Origin: Sphingomonas sp.
GTDB lineage: Bacteria > Pseudomonadota > Alphaproteobacteria > Sphingomonadales > Sphingomonadaceae
Reading direction: 5' to 3'
DNA length: 34,928 bases
Assembly: GCA_031394005.1 (NCBI GenBank)
Contig: JANMWM010000012.1
Coordinates: 1-34,928, forward strand
Shown here: positions 21,328 through 31,157 of the stretch, one piece after another
Layout of the letters: the number at the start of each line of letters is the position of its first letter
Numbering within the stretch: position 1 is the stretch's first letter
The notes under the pieces: model-generated
What the model was told of the DNA's origin: nothing
Seen by the model: only the letters and a program-made list of their open reading frames with translations
The model's database searches: none
Program-made: the position numbers and the translations under genes

Positions 21328-21962
21328 GCTGCTTGTCCCTTCTCGAACTTGTCCAGGATCCAGGCGCTCGCAGCATCCCAATCGTCGATCCGGACGTGCG
21401 CGCGCTCTGCGGGGGCGACGTTCGGCGCGAGCCGCGGTTCCGCCACCATATGCACCCGCCATACTTCGGGCGCATGCTTCGCCACCGATCCGTGATGCAC
21501 GGGCAAGTCGTCGACGAACGCGACGACATTGGGCAAATGGCGCTCGATGATTGCTCGCGCCGGCACCCCCTTGCCGCCTTGGTTGGTGACCACCTCATGC
21601 CGGATCCCGTGGCTCGCCAGCTGCTCGACCCGCCAGCCATGGGCCTCGTCGCCAAGGTTGGTCAGCACGACGATGTCGGCCACCTCACCGATCCGCCCGA
21701 GCGCCTCGATCGCGCCGGGCACAGGGGTTTGCCGGCTCATCTCCTCGCGGAAAAACTGATGGAGCAGCGGCCATACCCGCTCCTCGCCGAGTGTCTTCCC
21801 ACTCGCCCGCACCGTCAGCGCGTCGGCGAACTTGCCGCCCTCGAAATCGAAATCGATGCCGTGCGCCTCACCCAGCCACGCCTCGAAATGCGACACCATG
21901 TGGAGCAGCACCTCGTCGCAGTCGGTGATTAGCAGCGGCCGCGCACTCGTCTTACTCGCCAC
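21324..21962 (-). CDS. HAD family hydrolase
   Basis: ITDCDEVL motif I, LTN motif II, GGKG, FVDD motif IV. Confidence 0.82.
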   Translation of the reverse strand: MASKTSARPLLITDCDEVLLHMVSHFEAWLGEAHGIDFDFEGGKFADALTVRASGKTLGEERVWPLLHQFFREEMSRQTPVPGAIEALGRIGEVADIVVLTNLGDEAHGWRVEQLASHGIRHEVVTNQGGKGVPARAIIERHLPNVVAFVDDLPVHHGSVAKHAPEVWRVHMVAEPRLAPNVAPAERAHVRIDDWDAASAWILDKFEKGQAA

Positions 21963-22473
21963 CGGAACCGCCCTTCAATTTTGCCAGCGCCGCGAACGGT
22001 CCCGCCTCAGCCTCACTCAACACCCCCGCTGCCTTCAGCGCCTCATCGGCCTTCGGCCCGCGCGGATAGGGGTCGAGCGCCAACGCGAGCGAATCGGCAA
22101 CCGCCTCGCCAAGGTCGATCGCCTGCCCGTCGTGGATCACCGTGTCGAGATCGGCCGCGCCAAGTTCGAGCTCGGCCTCGGGCCCGTCGACCACCGGCGG
22201 CGGCACGAAGCGGATCGCGAACGCCTCGTCGATCGCCGCCGCGACAGGCTCTCCGCTGGCGATGCACGACTGCTGGAGTTGCGCCTTGATCCGCCCCACA
22301 CAGTCGACCGTCCGCCCCTCGCGGCGAAGCGTGACGTGCGTTTCGAACCGGTCGAGCCCGAGCAGGCCCAGCCGTTCGGCGACCGCCCTCCGCTCCCCCT
22401 CGTCGGCGGTCAGGTCCATCCGCGCGCCATCGCGGATCTGATCAATAGGCAAGCGGTGCGCAAAGTCGCTCAT
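21952..22473 (-). CDS. DUF177/YceD family protein
   Basis: QSCIASGEPV and IDLGEAVADSLALALDPYPR, ending GPFAALAKLK. Confidence 0.88.
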   Translation of the reverse strand: MSDFAHRLPIDQIRDGARMDLTADEGERRAVAERLGLLGLDRFETHVTLRREGRTVDCVGRIKAQLQQSCIASGEPVAAAIDEAFAIRFVPPPVVDGPEAELELGAADLDTVIHDGQAIDLGEAVADSLALALDPYPRGPKADEALKAAGVLSEAEAGPFAALAKLKGGSGGE

Positions 22474-22979
22474 GCCCAATTCCCCGCGAGAACCTCGGCG
22501 AGCGACAGCCCCGCCAGCCGCTCGTTCAGTTCCTGCAACCCACTCATCGTCGACTCGACCGCTGCCTCCTCGGTCGGCTCATCGCGATATACAGTCCGCC
22601 GCACCACTTCGTTCCAACTCCCCTCGCCGCCGAACAGCCGCCGCCAGCGGTCGACCCGGCTCGCCAGGCTGCCAACCAGATGCCGCACTTTCTTGCCCAG
22701 CGTCGCGTCGAATCCTTCCTGCCGCATCTGCGCATCCATGTCGTCGATGAACGCCTCGGTCAGCGCCACCGACGGCGCACGCCCGGCGTCGCCCTCGGCC
22801 TCCAGCCTGAGCGTCACCAGCGCGACCACCGTCGACAGGAGCGCGAATCGCCCGTCCATTGTGTCGGGCACCGCGCCCGCGATATACCACTGCTTGGCCC
22901 GCGCTGTGTTCACCGCAGCGCCATAAGCAGGGGCCGAAGGAGGCGGTGTTGAGCGCAACGCCTTGAAGATGGAAAGCAT
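22470..22979 (-). CDS. Ubiquinol-cytochrome c chaperone (Cbp3-like)
   Basis: VPDTMDGRF and FIDDMDAQMRQEG. Divergent from bamE, as is common in alphaproteobacteria. Confidence 0.85.
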   Translation of the reverse strand: MLSIFKALRSTPPPSAPAYGAAVNTARAKQWYIAGAVPDTMDGRFALLSTVVALVTLRLEAEGDAGRAPSVALTEAFIDDMDAQMRQEGFDATLGKKVRHLVGSLASRVDRWRRLFGGEGSWNEVVRRTVYRDEPTEEAAVESTMSGLQELNERLAGLSLAEVLAGNWA

Positions 22980-23095
22980 GGGAAAATCCTTTGCGCCTTG
23001 CGTCGCTGGCGCGCTCTCGCATATTGAGCGGCATGCGGCGCGAAACAAGCATCACGCGCTGCGCGGCGCGAGACAATCGTTGCCAAGGAGATAAA

Positions 23096-23569
23096 ATGAC
23101 CCGTTCGCTGATCGCCGTCGCCGCCGCCGCGACTCTCCTTGCGGGATGCGCGGGAATAAAGGATCATCGCGGCTTCGTCCTCGACAAGACACTTGCTTCG
23201 GCGATCCAGCCCGGGGTCGACAATAAGGATTCGGTCCAGAAGACGCTCGGCCGCCCGAGCTTCACCGGCCAGTTCTCCGACAGCGACTGGTATTATCTGT
23301 CGCGCGACACCTCGGCGTTCGCCTTCCGCAACCCGCATGCGACGAAACAGGATCTATTCCACGTCCGTTTCGACACCGCTGGCAACGTCGCCGCGGTCGA
23401 CCGCAGCGGCAAGGAACAGATCGCCTCGGTCCATCCGCTGCGCAAGTCCACCCCGACGCTCGGCCGCAAGCGCAGCTTCTTCGACGAAATTTTCGGCAAC
23501 ATTGGCACGGTCGGCTCGGGTGGGCTGGGCGGCTCGGGCAATGCCGGCGGCAAGCCGGGCGGGCAGTAA
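23096..23569 (+). CDS. bamE: Outer membrane protein assembly factor BamE (lipoprotein)
   Basis: Lipobox LLAGC, VQKTLGRPS, WYYLS, VRFD. AGGAG RBS before ATG 23096. Confidence 0.9.
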   Translation: MTRSLIAVAAAATLLAGCAGIKDHRGFVLDKTLASAIQPGVDNKDSVQKTLGRPSFTGQFSDSDWYYLSRDTSAFAFRNPHATKQDLFHVRFDTAGNVAAVDRSGKEQIASVHPLRKSTPTLGRKRSFFDEIFGNIGTVGSGGLGGSGNAGGKPGGQ

Positions 23570-23608
23570 GGGTCGCGTAACGCTGGCTGAAGCTTTAGGG
23601 TTGCCTTC

Positions 23609-24370
23609 ATGACCGCGACCCCTGCCGGCATCACCTATGCCGATTATCTGAGCCTCGACACGCTCCTCACCGCGCAGCATCCGCGATCGGAGCTGCATGA
23701 TGAGATGCTGTTCATCGTCATTCACCAGACGAAAGAGCTGTGGCTCAAGCAGATGCTCCACGAGGTCGGTCTCGCGGTCGCCCTCGTCCGTGCCGACAAA
23801 TTCGCCGAAGGCTATAAAGCGCTCTCGCGAGTGAGCCGGATCCAGTCGGTGATGACGCTGTCGTGGGATGTGCTCGCGACGCTCACCCCGGTCGATTATT
23901 CGGCCTTCCGCCATGTCCTTGGCACTTCGTCGGGGTTCCAGTCGGCGCAGTTCCGCGAGCTCGAGTTCCGCCTCGGGCTCAAGGACGAAGGCATGCTCGC
24001 CAATCACGAGGGCGGGAGCAAAGGCCGGGCCAGGCTCGAGGCGGCACTCGCCGAACCAAGCCTGTGGGACGAGGCCAACACAGCACTCGCCCGCGCCGGG
24101 TTCGACATCGCCGACGATGACGCCATCGCCGCCGCATGGCTCGCAGTTTATCGCGACCCCGAGCGCTGGTTCGAGCTTTACCAGCTCGCCGAGAAGCTGG
24201 TCGACATCGACGACGCACTCGCCGCGTGGCGTCACAAGCATCTGCTCACCGTCAGCCGGATCATCGGCGGCAAGCCCGGCACCGGCGGCTCGGCGGGTGC
24301 CTCCTACCTCGCCTCGACGCTGGCGAAGCGCGCCTTCCCCGCGCTGTGGGACTTGCGCACTCAGCTATGA
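23609..24370 (+). CDS. kynA: Tryptophan 2,3-dioxygenase
   Basis: YADYL, HDEMLFIVIHQTKELW, SSGFQS, WRHKH, GTGGSAG. Confidence 0.94.
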   Translation: MTATPAGITYADYLSLDTLLTAQHPRSELHDEMLFIVIHQTKELWLKQMLHEVGLAVALVRADKFAEGYKALSRVSRIQSVMTLSWDVLATLTPVDYSAFRHVLGTSSGFQSAQFRELEFRLGLKDEGMLANHEGGSKGRARLEAALAEPSLWDEANTALARAGFDIADDDAIAAAWLAVYRDPERWFELYQLAEKLVDIDDALAAWRHKHLLTVSRIIGGKPGTGGSAGASYLASTLAKRAFPALWDLRTQL

Positions 24371-25506
24371 AACGCATCTTCTCGAAAAGCCTCGCCGCCG
24401 CTCCCCGCCGCCTCCACATGGCGGCGCATAGCCATCATCTATGGCCCGACGCGTCGTTCGATGGGCAGGTCGAATGCTGGACCGACTCCGCCCGCCTCGC
24501 CGACCGCAAGTGGGACCGCATCATGGGCGAGGTCTGGCCCGAGGCACAGGCGCGAGCCGCCGCCGAACTCGGCACCGCAGAAGCGTCGGCGATCGTCTTT
24601 TCGAGCAATACCCACGACCTGATCATCCGTCTCGCCGCCGCCTGCCCGCGTCGCGCTGGGCCGCTGCGCATCATCACCACCGACGGCGAATTCCACAGCG
24701 CCCGCCGCCAGTTCGCCCGCTGGGAGGAAAGCGGCGAAGCAACCGTCGCCCGCCTCCCGGTCGGCCCCGGCCTCGTCGATCAACTCATCGCCCACGGCCC
24801 CGCGCACGACCTCGTCTTCGTCTCGCAACTGATGTTCGGAACCGGCAAGCTGATCGATATCGCCCCCGTCGCCGCGCTCGGCCGCCCGGAAGGTCCGTGG
24901 GTCGTGATCGACGGCTACCACAGCTTCATGGGCATCGACCGGCCCTTCCCCGCACCGCTCGGCGCGACTGCCTTCTTCCTTGGCGGCGGCTATAAATACG
25001 CCATGGCAGGGGAAGGCGTGGGATTCATGCATTGTCCGCCCGGATTCGGCCCGCGCCCCCCGATCACCGGCTGGTATGCCGAATTCGACGAGCTCGACTT
25101 GCCGCGAGGCCATGTCGGTTACGCCCCCGACGCGATGCGCTACATGGGCGCGACTTTCGATCCCTCGGGGATATATCGCTTCAACGCGGTGCAGCGAATG
25201 CTCGAGGCCGAGGGCCTTACGACTCGAGGAATCTCGAGCAAGGTCGCCGCACTTCAGACGCGACTGCTCGACGCCATTGCCGGAACCCCGCTCGCCGACG
25301 CCGAGCTATTGAATCCGCTCGACGGCCAGCCCCACGCCCGCTTCCTCGCCTTCCGCGCACCCAGCGCCGCGGCGTGGTGCGAACAACTCGGCCACGAAGG
25401 ATGCATCACCGACGTCCGCGGCGACGTGCTCCGAATCGGCCTTGGCCTCTATCACGACGAAACCGACATCGCCGCCTTCGCGCCCCTTGCCGCCGCCCTC
25501 CGCTAG
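24367..25506 (+). CDS. Class V PLP enzyme, kynureninase-like
   Basis: DGYH and GGGYKY PLP motifs, TGWYA, GATFDPSG. ATGA-coupled to kynA. Confidence 0.8.
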   Translation: MKRIFSKSLAAAPRRLHMAAHSHHLWPDASFDGQVECWTDSARLADRKWDRIMGEVWPEAQARAAAELGTAEASAIVFSSNTHDLIIRLAAACPRRAGPLRIITTDGEFHSARRQFARWEESGEATVARLPVGPGLVDQLIAHGPAHDLVFVSQLMFGTGKLIDIAPVAALGRPEGPWVVIDGYHSFMGIDRPFPAPLGATAFFLGGGYKYAMAGEGVGFMHCPPGFGPRPPITGWYAEFDELDLPRGHVGYAPDAMRYMGATFDPSGIYRFNAVQRMLEAEGLTTRGISSKVAALQTRLLDAIAGTPLADAELLNPLDGQPHARFLAFRAPSAAAWCEQLGHEGCITDVRGDVLRIGLGLYHDETDIAAFAPLAAALR

Positions 25507-26135
25507 CGCGCCAAACCCTCGCGCAGCAGTCGGTTCGCTGCCGCCGCTACCGCCTTGCCGTCCGCCGTGCCCCACACCCCGAAGCGCAAGCCCAGGAACA
25601 CGTTCATTCCCATCAGCGCCCACGCCGCGACCTCACGCTCGAGCGCGTCGTCACCGTCGAGATCGGCCCGCATTTCGCCCTTCGCAGCGCCGGTGCGTAA
25701 CCGCTCGACGATCCTCTCCGCCGTCGTCTCGTAATGCGCGCGAAAGCCCGCCGGATCGACAAATTCGGCCTCATCGATGATGCGGTAGACCTCGCGGTGT
25801 TCGTTGACGAAGTCGAGATAGGCAGCGAGCGCGCGCTGCTCGGCGTCGAGCGCGTCGCGCGCGCCAGGGATCGCCGGTGCCACCGCGACGCGGACCCGCT
25901 CCGACATGTCGCGGACCAGCGCCGCGAACAGCGCCTCCTTGCTGTCGAAATAAGTATAGAACGTCCCCAGCGCGACCTCGGCCCGCTGCGTGATCGAGGA
26001 TACCGAGCTCTCGGCAAACCCGCGTTCGCCGAACTCCCGCAGCGCCGCGTCGAGAATCCGCCTCAGTGTCCGCTCGCCCCGTGCCGTGCGCGGTGCCTTG
26101 CCTTTACTCGCCGGGCTTTTTTCCGCCATCCCCAT
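25503..26135 (-). CDS. TetR family transcriptional regulator
   Basis: RILDAALREFGERGF...VALGTFYTYFDSKEALF helix-turn-helix. Confidence 0.92.
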   Translation of the reverse strand: MGMAEKSPASKGKAPRTARGERTLRRILDAALREFGERGFAESSVSSITQRAEVALGTFYTYFDSKEALFAALVRDMSERVRVAVAPAIPGARDALDAEQRALAAYLDFVNEHREVYRIIDEAEFVDPAGFRAHYETTAERIVERLRTGAAKGEMRADLDGDDALEREVAAWALMGMNVFLGLRFGVWGTADGKAVAAAANRLLREGLAR

Positions 26136-26162
26136 CCAAATCTCCCCACTGCGCCACCATAT

Positions 26163-26184
26163 AAGTTGAAACCCGGTTCAACTT
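26163..26184. promoter_or_regulatory. Probable TetR operator
   Basis: Perfect AAGTTGAA-ACCCGG-TTCAACTT inverted repeat between the divergent tetR and TBDR genes. Confidence 0.75.
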
Positions 26185-26249
26185 TCACTAAGCCAAGCGA
26201 CAAGGCGATGCAACCGGACAAGGGGCGCGCCACCAAAGGGGAGGATAGC

Positions 26250-28697
26250 ATGGTTTCTATATCGTTCGCGCGGGCCTTGTTGCTGGCCAGCGCCGCCAGC
26301 GTGGCCGCTGCCGACGCCGCTCTCGCAGGAACCGCCACCATCGGTGCGCAGGACGCCCCGCCATCGAACGCCTCGACCACCGCCAACGCTACCGCGGGCA
26401 CCGCGACCACGACTTCCCCCGCCGACGCCGACACCGGCGCGATCATCGTCACCGCCCGCCGTCGCGCTGAATCACTCAAAGACATCCCCATTGCGGTCAC
26501 CGCCTTCACCGGCGCGCGGCTCGAAAATCGGGCGCAATCGATATTACCGAGGTCGCCCAGACGACCCCCAACGTCACGATCGAGGTCGCTCGCAGGTCCA
26601 ATTCGACCTTGAGCGCCTTCATCCGCGGCGTCGGCCAGCAAGGACCCGGTCGGCGGCTTTGAGCAGGGCGTCGGACTCTATCTCGACGATGTCTATCTCA
26701 ACCGTCCGCAAGGCGCCGTCCTCGACATTTACGACGTCGAGCGGATCGAGGTTCTTCGCGGACCGCAGGGCACGCTTTTTGGCCGCAACACCATCGGCGG
26801 CGTAATCAAGTACGTCACTCGCAGGCTGTCGAACCGCCCCGAATTGAGCGTCAAAGGAACCGGCGGCGAATATGGCCAACTCGACGCCACCGCTACGGCT
26901 TCCTATCCGCTCGGCGACGCGCTCCGCATCGGCTCGTCGGTCGCCCGCCTCCACCGCGGCAGGTTCGGCCAGAACGTCACCACCGGCCTCGACAATTACA
27001 ACAAGGAAGTGAAGGCGGGCCGCGTGTCAGCCGAAATCGGACGAGACGACTCCGCACTGATCCGGGGGAGTGCCGACTACACCCGGGACCACAATGCCCC
27101 TCGCGGCGGCCACCGCCTCCTCGCCGGCCTGCGGTCGGGCACGCCTGTGCTGTCGAACGTCTTTACCAGCCAGGGCGGCCTCGTCAGCCCGCACCAGAAA
27201 TCTGTCTCCAAGGGTGTTTCCATCAACGGCCAGTTCGCGTTGGGCGAAGGCCTGCTGCTGAAATCGATCACCGGCTATCGCAAGGACGACAGCGCTAATC
27301 CGATCGACTTCGACGCGCTTCCCGCTGCCGACGTTGATGTCCCCGGCTTCTATCGCAACAAGCAGTTCAGCCAGGAATTCCAGCTCCAGCTCAACCGCGG
27401 CCCGCTTCAAGGGCTGGTCGGCGCCTATTATCTGGATGCTACCGCCTTTACCGCTTTCGACGTCCGCTTGCTCACTACCGTCAACGGCTTTACCCCTTTC
27501 ACCCAAGGCAATGTCGGAATCAAGACGTACGCGGTGTTTGGCGATTTCAGCTACAACTTCTCGCCTTAACTCGCGCTCTCGCTGGGCGGTCGCTACACTG
27601 ACGACCGACGCAACTCGACCGTGTTCCGGCAGAATTACGTCGGTGGCGGATCGCCGCTGTTTGGGGGGCTTGGGGTTGCAGCGGGTCCCCCGTCGTCGAA
27701 CTTCCAAGGCAAGCGCAAGGACACTGCCTTCACCCCGCGCGTCTCGATCAGCTTCAAGCCCGACGCCAGCAACAGCTTCTACGCAAGCTACGCGCAGGGC
27801 TTCAAGGGCGGTGGGTTCGATCTGCGCGGAGTTTCGGCGGCCGCCAAGGATACCAACAATGACGGCGTCCGCGGCCATGACGAAATCTACAACAGCTTCG
27901 CCTTCAAGCCTGAAAAGGTTACGACCGAGGAGGTCGGGTACAAGGCTTCGCTGTTCGATCGCCAGGTCTACACCGCGCTCGTCATCTTCAGTTCCGATTA
28001 CAAGAATGTACAGATCCCGGCATCGGTCGGAGTCGTCGTCAACGGCGTCGCGACCTTCGCCGGGGCGACCACCAATGCCGCAAAGGCGCGTATCCGCGGC
28101 GTCGAGTGGGAAGGAACCGCTCGGCTCGCTGGCGACCCTGCGGGCACACGGCTCAACCTTGGCTGGTCGGTCGGCTACCTCAACGCCAAGTACCGGAAGT
28201 TCCTGACCGACGTCCTCTACGGTCAGACGACGGGCCTCAAGCTCCCCTCCCCCGGCGTGACGGTTGACGTTGCCGCATTCCGCAAGATTCAAAATACCCC
28301 CAAATGGACCGCCAGCGGGACGCTCAGCCTGACCCATCCGTTTGGCAACGGCGAGGATATAGATGTCAGCACGACGCTGTCTTACCGCAGCTCGAGCCAG
28401 CAGTTCGAACTGCGCATCCCCGGACTCGACCAGGAGGGGTTTGCGCTGCTCGATGCCAACCTCGTCTACACGGGTCCCGATTATCACTGGATGTTCGGCG
28501 TGCACGCTCGCAACTTGACCGACAAACGCTATATCTCATCTAGTTATAACTTCTTGCGTCATAACCCTTTTACGGGCAATTTGATCAATCTTGACGGCAC
28601 GCCGGGGATCGGCCCGGCGCTTGGCAAGGAGGGCGTTTTGACTGCTTATTACGATAGCCCGCGCCAGCTGTTTTTCTCGGTGGGGTACAAGTTCTGA
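26250..28697 (+). pseudogene. TonB-dependent receptor, disrupted
   Basis: GGGAGG RBS, signal peptide, IIVTARRR, plug motif ERIEVLRGPQGTLFGRN, terminal GYKF. Broken by a 1-bp loss near 26530, a 1-bp gain near 26641 and an in-frame TAA at 27567-27569. Confidence 0.88.
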
Positions 28698-28708
28698 CTG
28701 ATCGGACG

Positions 28709-29968
28709 AGGAGCACCGGCCCTGCGACCGCCGCCCGCACCGGGCCGCTCGTCGGGCTGTTGCTCCTCGCCTACGTCTTCAACTTCCTCGATCGCCAGCT
28801 GCTTGCGATCCTCAAGATCCCGATCAAGGCCGAACTCCACCTCAGCGACACCCAGCTTGGCCTGATGGGCGGAATCGCCTTTGCAGCGCTCTATTCGACC
28901 CTCGCGATCCCGTTCGCGCGCATCGCCGACCGCTCAGGCCAGGTGCGGGTCATCGCCGTCGCGGTTGCGGTGTGGAGCTTGTTCACCGTGCTGTGCGGGC
29001 TCGGCCAGAATTTCTGGCAGCTGTTCGCCCTTCGCATGGGTGTCGGCATTGGCGAAGCTGGCGGAGTCGCCCCCTCCTATGCGCTGATCGCAGACAGCGT
29101 CCCCCCCGAGCGCCGCGCGCGCAGCCTCGCACTCTTCTCACTCGGCATCCCGTTGGGCTCGGCGATCGGCCTCGTTGCCGGCGCCTGGCTGACGGTCCAC
29201 CTCAATTGGCGCTATGCCTTCGCGATCATCGGATTAGCCGGCCTTCCGGTCGCATTCGCCATCCGCCACTTTGTTCCCGAAGCTCCCCATCTCGCCGATG
29301 CGCCCCCCGTCGCCAGCTTCGCCGCGGTCGCCACCCGTCTCGCGCGCAAGCCGAGCTTCTGGCTGCTCGCGTTCGGCGCCGCCTCGGCCTCGATCTGCGG
29401 CTATGGCCTCGGCTTCTGGCTGCCCTCCTACTTCGTCGCCGATCTCCACGTCTCGCTGACAAAAATGGGACTTTACTTCGGCAGCATCGTGCTCGTCGGC
29501 GGGTGCGCGGGAATCTATCTCGGCGGGCTAATCGCCGACCGCCTGCGCGGCCGCTCGGTCGGCGCAGACGCCGCAGTCCCCGCGGTCGCCTTCCTGTTCA
29601 CCGCGCCTCTCTACGCCACCGCCATGTCGACGACGTTGCTCAGCCTCGCCTGGCCGCTTTTCGCCCTGCCGTACATGCTCAGTCTCGCCTGGCTGGGCCC
29701 GATCACCAGCGCGGTCCAGCGACTCGTGCCCCCCGCGGAGCGTGCCACCGCCTCGGCCTGCTTCCTGCTGATCAACAATTTGATCGGAATCGGCTTCGGC
29801 ACTTTCATCTTCGGCTATCTGTCCGACCGGCTGACGCCATTCTATGGACCCGCGTCGCTTCATTATTCGCTGCTCTACGGCCTCGGCTTCTATGTCCTCG
29901 CCGCAGCGCTGTGCGCCGTCGCCGCGACCCGGCTCAAACGTGACGTCATCCCCGCCAAGCAGGATTAA
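28709..29968 (+). CDS. MFS transporter (spinster-like), start codon uncertain
   Basis: FNFLDRQ, ARIADRSG, RMGVGIGEAG motifs. The first canonical start (TTG 28760) lies inside TM1, and the frame is open upstream through AGG 28709. Confidence 0.82.
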   Translation, partial: RSTGPATAARTGPLVGLLLLAYVFNFLDRQLLAILKIPIKAELHLSDTQLGLMGGIAFAALYSTLAIPFARIADRSGQVRVIAVAVAVWSLFTVLCGLGQNFWQLFALRMGVGIGEAGGVAPSYALIADSVPPERRARSLALFSLGIPLGSAIGLVAGAWLTVHLNWRYAFAIIGLAGLPVAFAIRHFVPEAPHLADAPPVASFAAVATRLARKPSFWLLAFGAASASICGYGLGFWLPSYFVADLHVSLTKMGLYFGSIVLVGGCAGIYLGGLIADRLRGRSVGADAAVPAVAFLFTAPLYATAMSTTLLSLAWPLFALPYMLSLAWLGPITSAVQRLVPPAERATASACFLLINNLIGIGFGTFIFGYLSDRLTPFYGPASLHYSLLYGLGFYVLAAALCAVAATRLKRDVIPAKQD

Positions 29969-30053
29969 GTTTACCCCACATCGGACCTGACTCCGTGAAC
30001 GCCCGCCGCGTTGCTGCCGTAGACCAGCGGCGCTCGGCGACAGGACGATCATC

Positions 30054-31157
30054 ATGGTTCATGAACTGCCGGCTGCCCGCATCTCTCCTGGGGCGCGGCT
30101 CGACCCGGCCACCATCCTTCGCGCCTTGCTCTTCGCCATCGCATTCGGAGTCGTCGCCTGGCTCGGTATCGTCATGACCCGTTACATCGGACGGATCGCA
30201 GCGGTTTGGCTCGCCAACGGGCTTGCCGTCGCACTGCTGTTGCGGCGTCCACGCGGCGAATGGGTCGTGCTCGCCGGCGCCGGGTTCGCGGGCAATATCG
30301 CGGCCAATCTCTTCAGCGGCGACACGATCGTCGCCGCGGCGGTCCTCTTGCTCCTCAACAGCCTCGAGATCGCGCTGGTCGTCGCCATCGCCGCGCGCGA
30401 TTTCGGTCCCGACAACGTCCTCGAAAGTAGCGCGATAGGGCGATTCATCGGCGCCGCGCTGCTCGGTCCGCTGGCCGGATCACTGATCAGTGCCGCTTGG
30501 TTCGCGTGGCGTGACGGCGTTCCCGTCGCTACCGGTTTTGCCAGCTGGTACGGCAGCGACGCGCTCGGGCTGATGATCATCGCCCCGATCCTCCTGTCGA
30601 TCCGCCGCGACCGGCCCAGCGGCCTCGCCCGGCGCGAAGCAGTGCTCATCCCCGTCGTCGCCGCGGCACTGGGTGTGCTCGTGTTCTCACAAAGCCACAA
30701 GTCGCTGTTATTCTTGTCGACGCCGATCGTGCTGCTCGGTGCCTTCCGCCTCCACCTGCTCTCGGCAATGTTTACGCTGGCCACGAGTGCGGTCTGTTCG
30801 ATCCTGTTCACCGCGCTCGGGCTCGGTCCGATTGCGACCTCGGCGCTTGGCCCGGTCGAGGGTATCTCTATCTTGCAGGTATTCCTCGCGACGCTCGTCA
30901 TGCTCGTCCTGCCCGTCGTCGCGATCATCGGCGAGCACGACCGCCTCGGCTTCGCCGCCGACCACGGCAAGCGCCTGTTCCAAGGCGTCGCCCGGGCGAC
31001 CCCCGCCGGCATCCTTCACATCGAACTCGGCGACGACGTGACGTTCGCCAACGACCGCTGGCTCGAGCTAACCGCAAGCCGCCCCACCAGCTTCGCGAGC
31101 GATTCTTGGCTCGACATCGTCCAGCCCGACGACCGGCCCGCCGCCCGCGGCATGTGG
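30054..31157 (+). pseudogene. MASE1 membrane sensor plus partial PAS domain, output domain missing
   Basis: VWLANGL and WYGSDALG MASE1 motifs, many TM helices, PAS start TPAGI...FANDRW...WLDIVQPDD. Sequence character changes abruptly after MW at 31157. Confidence 0.8.

Noticed and set aside
26520-26650. Programmed ribosomal frameshifting in the TBDR
   Set aside because: No slippery heptamer, and a separate in-frame stop lies downstream. Decay or sequencing error is simpler.
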